From an uncultured Victivallis sp. (GTDB lineage: Bacteria > Verrucomicrobiota > Lentisphaeria > Victivallales > GWF2-50-93), in the NCBI GenBank assembly GCA_964540865.1, contig CAZION010000016.1, forward strand, positions 2,914-66,913: a stretch of DNA of 64,000 bases, in the 5' to 3' direction. This document shows, piece after piece, positions 21,987 through 29,354 of the stretch. A program made the translations under genes and the position numbers. The notes under the pieces were generated by a model, which worked only from the letters and a program-made list of their open reading frames with translations, did no database searches and was not told where the DNA came from. The number at the start of each line of letters is the position of its first letter. Within the stretch, counting starts at the first letter, position 1.

Positions 21987-24230
21987 TTAGACCTTCCTTT
22001 TTCCTGCTTTGTCTGCGCCCAGATTATGCACGCTTCTATTGATTATCATATCCTGCCATTCCTTTGAAAGGGTGGCGAAACGGGCGGACCATCCGGAAAT
22101 GCGCACCGCCAGATTCGGGTACTTCTCAGGACGCGCCTGTGCATCGCGAAGCAATGCCGTATCGACTACATCGATCTGCATGAATATTCCTCCCAGGCTG
22201 ACGAACGCCCTCATCATGGCGACAAGCGCAGCAAGCCCGTGTTCACCCTGAACACTTGACGGCAGCACCTTCAGATCCAATGCGGTGCCACAGGGAAGTC
22301 TCGAAAAATCCACCGAGCAGTGTGATTTGATGACTGCGGTGGGGCCTTTCAGATCCGTACCGGGAGTTACAGAGAAGTTGGGGGCGAGAATGTCGCCCTT
22401 GTGATTACCGGACGCGGTGGCGGCGCGGTTACCTAAATATCCTGTTCCCTCGCGCCCAAATGTGCTGATTCCTGCAGGCCTCATGATGCCAAGACGTTTC
22501 GGAACTTTTGCGACAAGCCCTGTGAAATCATTGAACACCTTCTGCATCATGGTGTCAGCCTCAGCAGAATCATTTCCGAAAAACTCAAACTGCTTTTGAA
22601 CGCGTTTCCTGAGATCTTCGCGTCCGCTCCAGTCGTCGCGCAATATGGCTATGAAATCCCGCAGGGGCATTTCCTCAGCCTCATACACCAGCTTCTTGAT
22701 CACCAGAAGGCTGTTGACTACGTCGGGCAGTCCGCCGGGATGCGGAGACAGCACAGTGTATTTGGGCCCGAGATCGTAGTAGGAGCGGGCCTTTTCAATG
22801 CAGCCATCGACAAGTAGCGATATCAGGGGTGTTGGATGAGTCGATCTGTTGCTTGAGTTCAGAAGGCTGGCGAGTTGGAAGGCCAGACGGTTCTTGAACT
22901 CGGCGTAGAAGGCCTCGAAGCTCGAATACTCCACCGTGTCCTTGTTCACCGGACCGAGACCGAGCGTCTCCTGCAGGATGGCAAGGGCGTCAAAAGGCTG
23001 GTAGCTGAAACATGTCTTTCCAGGTATCAACAGCTCCCAGCAGCCATCGTTGGTGAAATTCCGCGCCTCATCGAGGGGATAGCCGAATTTGACCAGCATG
23101 GGAACGATCCGGTCCTCATTGTAAACGGCGATGATGCCACCGCCAAGACGCTGCACTTCGGCAACACGGCAGAGCAGTTGCTCCTGGGATTTATTTGAAA
23201 GCCTGACTGCGATAGGGAAATCACTGATATGAAGTTCTTCGACAACGTCGAGCACAAGATATGTAACTTCGTTTGTTATGTCAATTCCTTCCTCGTCGAT
23301 TCCGGCAAGGATGATGTTCTGGTAGAACTGTGCATCGCCGCTGCCTTTGCCATCGGCGGTGATCCACTCGCAGCCCTTGATCCAGAAATGGGCAATCAAC
23401 TCCCGGGCCTCATCCATGGTGATGGCTCCTGCGTCCAAATCCCGGCGCAGATGCGGACCGAGCATTTTGTCGATCCGTCCGACCCCGCTCCAATTGCCGC
23501 AAAGCCTCTGGAAATCCCAGAGCATCCAGAGCGCCTGAACCGCTTCGCGGAAGTTCTGCGGCGGATTTTCAGGAACGTTCCGGACTGCGGAGAGTACGTG
23601 TTTATAATTTTTCCGCAGTTCTCCGCTGGACGCCGCCACGAGCCGTTCCAACTCGGTGATGTGCCGGCCATTCCAAGAATTTGCCGCATCAATGCAGACA
23701 AGCATCGAACGCAGAAGGTCCTCACCGTCGGCATCGAGATCATTTCGTCCGAGCCGTTCGACAATCTCGGCACGGATACCCTTGTATCCAATCTTGAGGG
23801 CCTTCTCGAAATCAATGGTTGTGTGGCTCACGGAACTGAGAAGGGATGGGGCCGGAGCAAGAGGGCGTTTGCTGATCCAGTCGCCATCGGGGACGCTGCG
23901 GGCACGGTATGACTGCGAAAGAAGCGGAACCGAGTGAAACGTCGCCTCTTTGAGAGTGGCTGCTCCTGCAAGTTTTTCCCAGGGAAGTATGCGCAGGGGA
24001 GCATTATCCGCGATAAGCCTGACCGCCTCGGCATACTGTTGATTCAATGACGGCATGGAAATGTAAAATTCAGGGGTGATGGCAAACTGCGCGTCAAGCA
24101 TGCCCCTCCCGAACTCGCCAGAAAGATAACTGACGGCAAGCTTGCGCGTAGATTCGGAAAGACGGCATGCCGATTTGACACCGGTGTAATTTCCAGGGAC
24201 TATTTTCTCATCTGCATTTTTGGTTTTCAT
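21987..24230 (-). CDS. glycyl radical enzyme, PFL2/dehydratase-like family, substrate unknown
   Basis: The 747 aa ORF has the C-terminal glycyl-radical fingerprint AVRISGWSARFATLSKEWQDMIINR (Gly codon 22092-22094). The Cys loop is TNDGCWELLIPG (Cys codon 23040-23042), which is the GCxE type. It also has the GRIDKML and GGIIAVYNEDRIV motifs. RBS AAGGAAG lies upstream. Confidence 0.85.
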   Translation of the reverse strand: MKTKNADEKIVPGNYTGVKSACRLSESTRKLAVSYLSGEFGRGMLDAQFAITPEFYISMPSLNQQYAEAVRLIADNAPLRILPWEKLAGAATLKEATFHSVPLLSQSYRARSVPDGDWISKRPLAPAPSLLSSVSHTTIDFEKALKIGYKGIRAEIVERLGRNDLDADGEDLLRSMLVCIDAANSWNGRHITELERLVAASSGELRKNYKHVLSAVRNVPENPPQNFREAVQALWMLWDFQRLCGNWSGVGRIDKMLGPHLRRDLDAGAITMDEARELIAHFWIKGCEWITADGKGSGDAQFYQNIILAGIDEEGIDITNEVTYLVLDVVEELHISDFPIAVRLSNKSQEQLLCRVAEVQRLGGGIIAVYNEDRIVPMLVKFGYPLDEARNFTNDGCWELLIPGKTCFSYQPFDALAILQETLGLGPVNKDTVEYSSFEAFYAEFKNRLAFQLASLLNSSNRSTHPTPLISLLVDGCIEKARSYYDLGPKYTVLSPHPGGLPDVVNSLLVIKKLVYEAEEMPLRDFIAILRDDWSGREDLRKRVQKQFEFFGNDSAEADTMMQKVFNDFTGLVAKVPKRLGIMRPAGISTFGREGTGYLGNRAATASGNHKGDILAPNFSVTPGTDLKGPTAVIKSHCSVDFSRLPCGTALDLKVLPSSVQGEHGLAALVAMMRAFVSLGGIFMQIDVVDTALLRDAQARPEKYPNLAVRISGWSARFATLSKEWQDMIINRSVHNLGADKAGKRKV

Positions 24231-24356
24231 GGTTTCTTCCTTTGTTGGAACGTCGTCATACTTATTCTTATCCTCATTACCGGTATGATGGCGGTATTCC
24301 TTTTAATGATACATGACTAATAATAGTATCATCTTATTGAATTCACCATGAACAGC

Positions 24357-24385
24357 ACTACTATATCCATATATACAACTACTAT
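24357..24385. promoter_or_regulatory. candidate AraC operator / divergent promoter region
   Basis: In the AT-rich 200 bp between the GRE and araC-type genes, the direct repeat ACTACTAT occurs at 24357-24364 and 24378-24385 (21 bp period). The inverted repeat ATGATAC/GTATCAT occurs at 24306-24312 and 24326-24332. Confidence 0.3.
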
Positions 24386-24430
24386 TATCTTTTCTTGCGG
24401 CATTTAGGAGATTACACAAGAAAAGATTAA

Positions 24431-25294
24431 TTGAAGAAAAAGGACATGAACAAACTCCTGGAGATAATTCCACCGGATGCGGTTTCTGCGGATTTCATCG
24501 ACGCCTCTCATGGGGAAGGCACATGGAACGGACGGATACACATCAAGACCGTCCCTTACTGCATCGCCGTGATTCCGGTTGTCGGCAGATATGAAGTCGT
24601 TACTCCGGATGCATCTGTAGATATTTATTCGGGAGAGGCGTTGCTTACGCCTTCGAATCTCCCGTTAAAATTCATACATAACGGTGATCCGAAAAGAAAA
24701 TTCATGATGAAGATGAAGTGGGTTCACTTCCATTTCAGCGTTTTCGGCGCGATTGATTTCACCTCCATGCTCGATATGCCTTTGAAACTTGAGATTCCTG
24801 CAGCCACAAAATTTGGGGAAGTGATTGATGAACTGCTAAGCCTGCAGGAGTCTGAGTCCGGTATTGCAGGCCTAGCCAGGCGCGGTGAACTCAGCTTCAA
24901 ACTTCTCAATCTTGTCTGCTCTGTGTCGAAGCCCAAGGAGGATGCCCTTGTTTTTCTCGAAAGCTCGCAGCGGTTGAAATCGGTTCTCGTCTATATGAAG
25001 AGGAATCTGCAATTGAAAACCGATGTTGCAAAACTTGCGAAACTCGCAAACCTTTCACCGTCGCGCTTCCATACGGTGTTCAGGGATATCACAGGATCCG
25101 GCCCTATGGAGTACCATAAGAAATTGCGCTTGAACGCCGCATTCAGACTTGTCATGACTACCGATGACAAATTAAAAGCCGTTGCGGAGAAAACCGGATT
25201 CTGCAATGAATTCCATCTCAGCCGCGACTTCAAAAGGAATTACGGCAAAAGCCCTATGGAATACAGGAAGAAGGATTTGAGGAATCTGGTTTGA
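24431..25294 (+). CDS. AraC family transcriptional regulator
   Basis: The 287 aa ORF has a cupin-like N-terminal half and a C-terminal AraC HTH (LAKLANLSPSRFHTVFRDITGSGPMEYHKKLRLNAAFRLV...FCNEFHLSRDFKRNYGKSPMEYR). The start is TTG 24431 or ATG 24446. Confidence 0.85.
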   Translation: MKKKDMNKLLEIIPPDAVSADFIDASHGEGTWNGRIHIKTVPYCIAVIPVVGRYEVVTPDASVDIYSGEALLTPSNLPLKFIHNGDPKRKFMMKMKWVHFHFSVFGAIDFTSMLDMPLKLEIPAATKFGEVIDELLSLQESESGIAGLARRGELSFKLLNLVCSVSKPKEDALVFLESSQRLKSVLVYMKRNLQLKTDVAKLAKLANLSPSRFHTVFRDITGSGPMEYHKKLRLNAAFRLVMTTDDKLKAVAEKTGFCNEFHLSRDFKRNYGKSPMEYRKKDLRNLV

Positions 25295-25334
25295 TAGTGT
25301 CCGCCCCGAATGCTTCCAACTCAAATGTCCCCCC

Positions 25335-25886
25335 CTATTTTTGAACATCTGAATTCCCCGGCTGTTTCAGGAAAACGAGCAGCACCCCGGCCACAATCAG
25401 GAAACTCCAATAGGAAATAAATATGGAAGGGTGCATGAATGATATGCCGTCAACGGTGAAGTCAGACAGCGGATACAGGAATGGCGTCGGAAAGTACGCT
25501 TTTGAATGAGTGGGGATATCGCAAAGCACATGCCAGAGCCAGGCGCAGGCGGAAATCCCAAGCCAGCGGTTAACGAGCAACAGGAGCAGGATCATCATCG
25601 TCACAATGATTAAACTGTGAGACATGTTATAGGCGGTGAATACCCAGTCGGGGATACTCTCCAGAGGCGGCTTACCCCTGCCCCCGTTGAATATGTGCTT
25701 GAAGACTACATAACTGAAAGACATCAGATCGGGAAGCACTCCGAAAAGCACCGCGGACGGAAGCGTCCAATCAAAACCATGGGGCTTTGCATCCTCATTA
25801 TTCCTCCCCAGCAGCAATCCAGCGTATCCTGAACGGCTGAAGAACAGCGCCCCAGCAACCCCGTGCGCAAATGTATCCATATCCAT
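25335..25886 (-). CDS. membrane-bound metal-dependent hydrolase-like protein (DUF457/YdjM-like)
   Basis: The 183 aa polytopic membrane protein starts MDMDTFAHGVAGALFF and has conserved His residues in TM segments (SHSLIIVTM, WHVLCDIPTH). Confidence 0.45.
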   Translation of the reverse strand: MDMDTFAHGVAGALFFSRSGYAGLLLGRNNEDAKPHGFDWTLPSAVLFGVLPDLMSFSYVVFKHIFNGGRGKPPLESIPDWVFTAYNMSHSLIIVTMMILLLLLVNRWLGISACAWLWHVLCDIPTHSKAYFPTPFLYPLSDFTVDGISFMHPSIFISYWSFLIVAGVLLVFLKQPGNSDVQK

Positions 25887-26022
25887 TCCCTGTTTTTTAA
25901 TGAGAAAAAAAAGAACCCCGGTCTACGTTGGCGCCGCCCAAAGATTTTACGTCTCATGCTGACAATACTTCAACTCATTGACATAAACAATTTGTGTTTG
26001 GTGTTTCCGCAGAAGTAACTCT

Positions 26023-26214
26023 GGTCTATCTGACCCGGGATTCGCAGGGCAGATAGACCCGTGCTACTCTTAACTCAGCGCCATTCTAGTCAACCGTTAA
26101 GCTGGATTTTCATCGTATTACCCCTACCAGCTTAACTGGGAGAAAAAGATTGTTGGGCTAAGATCCACGGTGTTAGCAACCCAATCTTTGCTTCCCGTGG
26201 GATAAACCCACGGG
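26023..26214. other. array of strong stem-loops in a 470 bp intergenic region (candidate structured RNA or leader)
   Basis: H1 is GGTCTATCTG (26023-32) with CAGATAGACC (26050-59). H2 is GTTAAGCTGG (26096-26105) with CCAGCTTAAC (26127-36). H3 is an imperfect helix, 26138-57 with 26180-96, enclosing GCTAA/TTAGC. H4 is CCCGTGGG (26194-26201) with CCCACGGG (26207-14). CCACGG at 26165-70 could pair alternatively with H4. Confidence 0.4.
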
Positions 26215-26354
26215 GGACTGCTTATTGCTCTTCCCCCATTCGCCTTGATTTAAATAAAGATATCCCAGATTAACGGTTACGACACTCGAATCTTATCTTC
26301 AGGGAACATCTGCTTCATTCTGGCAAAAAGCGACAATAATTATATATTCCATCT

Positions 26355-28211
26355 ATGTCTTCAATTCAATACAATTATGATGTTGTCGTAATCGGTGGCG
26401 GCCATGCCGGCTGTGAAGCCGCACTTGCGGCTGCGCGGCTCGGAGCACGGACACTTCTCCTCACAATAAACATGGACCATATCGCCCAGATGAGCTGTAA
26501 TCCCGCAGTCGGAGGAATCGCGAAAGGACAGGTTGTCCGCGAAATTGACGCCCTCGGCGGTGGAATGGGGAAGATAACTGATGCGGCATCCATCCAATTC
26601 AGGATGCTGAACTGCGGAAAAGGACCCGCCGTATGGTCACCGCGGTCCCAATGCGACAAGGTCTGCTATCAGAAGGCCATGAAATTCGAACTGGAAAAAG
26701 CGGAAAACCTCATAATCCACCAGGCCGAAGCAAGCGGCTTTCTGACAGATGGCGACAAAATCTGCGGGGTTACAACAACATTCAATGAAACATTCAAATG
26801 CAAGAGCGCAGTTGTAGCTTCGGGAACTTTCCTTTCCGGAAAACTCCACTATGGCCTTCTTAATTATCCCGGAGGCCGCGCCGGAGATCCTCCGTCATGC
26901 AGCCTCTCCGAATCCCTGAGAGTACAACTCGGCATAAGGCTCGGCCGTTTAAAAACCGGCACACCGCCGCGGGTTCTTGCGAAAACAGTCAACTTTGAAA
27001 AAATGATTGTACAGGAAAGCGATTCCCCGGACGAATATTTCAGTTATTTTCCGGAAGACCAGGCATTCCCCCGGGCTCTCAAAAGGGCTATGCCATGCTA
27101 CCTTGTGAAAAGCACTTTTGAGACTTCGGAAATAATCAAAAACAACCTCCACAAATCCCCTCTTTACCAGGGAGTGATATCAGGTATAGGAACAAGATAC
27201 TGCCCTTCATTCGAGGACAAGGTCATACGCTTCCCGCATCACGAAACCCACCTGCTCTACCTCGAACCGGAAGGGGAGTTCACCGAGGAATACTATATCA
27301 ACGGAATATCAACAAGCCTCCCTCCGGAAGTGCAGGTGCAGATGCTCCATTCCATCCCCGGCCTCGAAAACGCCGTAATCTCAAGATATGCCTACGCCAT
27401 TGAATATGATTACGTCCATCCCGACCAGATGTCACGCAGCCTCGCAGTGAAAAAATGGCCCAACCTATTTCTGGCAGGACAGATCAACGGGACAAGCGGG
27501 TACGAGGAGGCGGCTGGACAGGGGCTTGTCGCAGGCATGAATTCTGCGAGGTTCGCAGGAGGTTTGGAATCGGTGGAGCTCGGCAGGGACAGTAGCTACA
27601 TCGGCGTAATGATTGATGATCTTGTGACAAAGGAGATTGTCGAGCCGTACCGCCTCTTCACAAGCCGCGCCGAATACAGGCTCATGCTAAGGCAGGACAA
27701 TGCCGATATCCGTCTCTGCCCCCTCGCCCACAGCATAGGGCTGCTACCGTCTGCGAAGTTCGCAAAATTCACTGCGTATTTCAACCGGCTCAAGGAAATT
27801 GAACAGAAGTACCGCACAGAAAAACATGAGAATCAGACACTCCACGGCCTTTTGAAAGCGTTTGGAGGAGTTGTCCCGCCAAAAATAGATTTCCCGCTGC
27901 CCTACCTCGATCTGTCATCCCAAGAGGACAGAAGAATCCTCAGGCAACTCATAATTTCATCCCATTACGAGGGTTATATTGAAAGAGAACTGAGGTCGGT
28001 GAAAAATCTCCAGAAGCTCGAACTCTGGAAGATTCCGAAGGATTTCAACTATGACGCCATAACCGGTCTGCGAAACGAGTCAAGGATGAAGCTCACGAAA
28101 ATCCTTCCCGGCACTCTCTCACAGGCTTCAAGGATTGACGGAGTTACTCCTGCAGAAATAAGCCTCCTGCAGGTGCACCTGAAAAGGATCTTTCAGCCAG
28201 CCCACAAATGA
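26355..28211 (+). CDS. mnmG: tRNA uridine 5-carboxymethylaminomethyl modification enzyme MnmG (GidA)
   Basis: The 618 aa ORF has YDVVVIGGGHAGCEAALAAARLGARTLLLT, MSCNPAVGGIAKGQVVREIDALGG, GTRYCPSFEDKV and FLAGQINGTSGYEEAAGQG. Confidence 0.96.
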   Translation: MSSIQYNYDVVVIGGGHAGCEAALAAARLGARTLLLTINMDHIAQMSCNPAVGGIAKGQVVREIDALGGGMGKITDAASIQFRMLNCGKGPAVWSPRSQCDKVCYQKAMKFELEKAENLIIHQAEASGFLTDGDKICGVTTTFNETFKCKSAVVASGTFLSGKLHYGLLNYPGGRAGDPPSCSLSESLRVQLGIRLGRLKTGTPPRVLAKTVNFEKMIVQESDSPDEYFSYFPEDQAFPRALKRAMPCYLVKSTFETSEIIKNNLHKSPLYQGVISGIGTRYCPSFEDKVIRFPHHETHLLYLEPEGEFTEEYYINGISTSLPPEVQVQMLHSIPGLENAVISRYAYAIEYDYVHPDQMSRSLAVKKWPNLFLAGQINGTSGYEEAAGQGLVAGMNSARFAGGLESVELGRDSSYIGVMIDDLVTKEIVEPYRLFTSRAEYRLMLRQDNADIRLCPLAHSIGLLPSAKFAKFTAYFNRLKEIEQKYRTEKHENQTLHGLLKAFGGVVPPKIDFPLPYLDLSSQEDRRILRQLIISSHYEGYIERELRSVKNLQKLELWKIPKDFNYDAITGLRNESRMKLTKILPGTLSQASRIDGVTPAEISLLQVHLKRIFQPAHK

Positions 28212-28238
28212 CTAACCGCGAAGACACCAAGAGGTGAG

Positions 28239-28282
28239 AGATGAAGTGCAAATATCGCAAATTTCATTTCATCTTTTATTTT
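28239..28282 (+). terminator. candidate terminator after mnmG
   Basis: AGATGAAGTG (28239-48) pairs with CATTTCATCT (28265-74) with one G-U pair. TTTTATTTT follows. Confidence 0.5.
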
Positions 28283-28525
28283 GAATTACCAAAATACATT
28301 CGCTATTTTACAAAAGACAGGAATTCCACATATTAACAGTTGGTTTATGAAATATGAATAAAATGATTAAACGAACAATACTTACTGTAATTTATTTGCC
28401 GTCCGGCGGATGCTCTTGAGCATTACGTGGCAACTCCTGAAAGAGGACGGCATCCGGGCATATGAATGATGGAAAACTAAATGTGATTAACTTGATATCG
28501 TGTGTATAGGTGTGTATAATCTGCA

Positions 28526-28721
28526 ATGAACAGCAGGGATATAATAAAAATGCTGAAGGATGACGGATGGTGTCTTGCAAGAACGCGGGGGGAGCCATCA
28601 TCAGTTCAAACATTCGGTTAAAACAGGACTTGTCACTGTTCCTCATCCTGAAAAAGATATCCCAAAAGGAACTCTTAACAGTATCTTAAAGCAGTCCGGA
28701 CTGAAAGGAAAATTTAAATGA
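28526..28721 (+). pseudogene. hicA: hicA toxin, frameshifted in a G6 homopolymer
   Basis: From ATG 28526 the reading is MNSRDIIKMLKDDGWCLARTRG, and the frame then breaks at GGGGGG 28587-28592. With G5 the reading continues SHHQFKHSVKTGLVTVPHPEKDIPKGTLNSILKQSGLKGKFK*, which is the canonical HicA, and ends in an ATGA overlap with hicB. The gene is not listed in the ORF track. Confidence 0.8.
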
Positions 28722-29146
28722 ACACAAAATATGTTGCCGTAGTCCACAAGGACAGAAACTCTGAATACGGAGTTTCCTTTCCTGATTTTCCGGGATGCAT
28801 AAGTGCCGGAAAGAATCTTGATGAAGTTTATGAGATGGCACAGGAGGCGCTCCAGTTCCATGTTGACGGAATGGTTGAAGAAGGATTAGAGATTCCAGAT
28901 GCCATGCCTATGGAGAAAATAAAAAAGGCCAACAGGGATGCCGAAGCCTTCATATTGCTCCCGGTTCTCATTCCCAGAAGTATGGCGGAAAGGATAAACA
29001 TAACAGTGCCACAATATGTCCTTTCAAAAATAGATGGCTATGCAAGATCGCACAATGAAACAAGATCCGGACTTTTTTCAAAGGCCGCTCTATCGTATGT
29101 GAAGGAAAAACGCGCCACTTACGGCGGAAAGCCGTCAGGGAAATAA
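28718..29146 (+). CDS. hicB: HicB family antitoxin with C-terminal RHH-like DNA-binding tail
   Basis: The 142 aa ORF has YVAVVHKDRNSEYGVSFPDFPGCISAGKNLDEVYEMAQEALQFHVDGMVEEGLEIP, a typical HicB N-terminal domain. The tail INITVPQYVLSKIDGYARSHNETRSGLFSKAA looks like a ribbon-helix-helix. Confidence 0.85.
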   Translation: MNTKYVAVVHKDRNSEYGVSFPDFPGCISAGKNLDEVYEMAQEALQFHVDGMVEEGLEIPDAMPMEKIKKANRDAEAFILLPVLIPRSMAERINITVPQYVLSKIDGYARSHNETRSGLFSKAALSYVKEKRATYGGKPSGK

Positions 29147-29206
29147 AATTCACCATAACTTAACCGCCTTGCCGAGACTTGTATGTTGTCAGGCTCTTTG
29201 GCCTGA

Positions 29207-29314
29207 TTTTGTACCGTGGCACAGGTGTGCCACTTTGGATTCCGATGGAAACGGATAGATGACTTGAAAGTCTAAATGTTAAGCAAAGCGGCACAGGTGT
29301 GCCGCAGTACAAAG
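29207..29314. promoter_or_regulatory. twin 18-bp perfect palindromes (candidate operator pair or paired hairpins)
   Basis: GTGGCACAGGTGTGCCAC lies at 29216-29233 and GCGGCACAGGTGTGCCGC at 29288-29305. The flanks TTTTGTACC... and ...AGTACAAAG are also mutually inverted. The pair sits immediately upstream of the CNNM transporter gene. Confidence 0.55.
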
Positions 29315-29354
29315 ATTGTTGCGCAATCACGAAAACTTGGGATTACTCAAACTC

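Noticed and set aside
18630-25294. Higher GC in the GRE/DUF2961/ADH block as evidence of a horizontally acquired island.
   Set aside because: Hand counts of a few 60-nt samples ranged from 40 to 67% within the block. ppdK also samples at ~58%, so GC is heterogeneous across the window. No integrase, tRNA or direct-repeat boundaries were found, so the claim cannot be supported without computation.
25990-26340. oriC next to mnmG/gidA, or a known housekeeping RNA (RNase P, tmRNA, SRP, 6S, tRNA).
   Set aside because: I saw no cluster of TTATCCACA-like DnaA boxes and no AT-rich unwinding repeats. I also found none of these signatures on either strand: GAGGAAAGTCC (RNase P), GGTTCGA…CCA (tmRNA/tRNA) or the GGAAGCAGCC-type SRP motif. 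A 6S-like fold cannot be excluded without computation.
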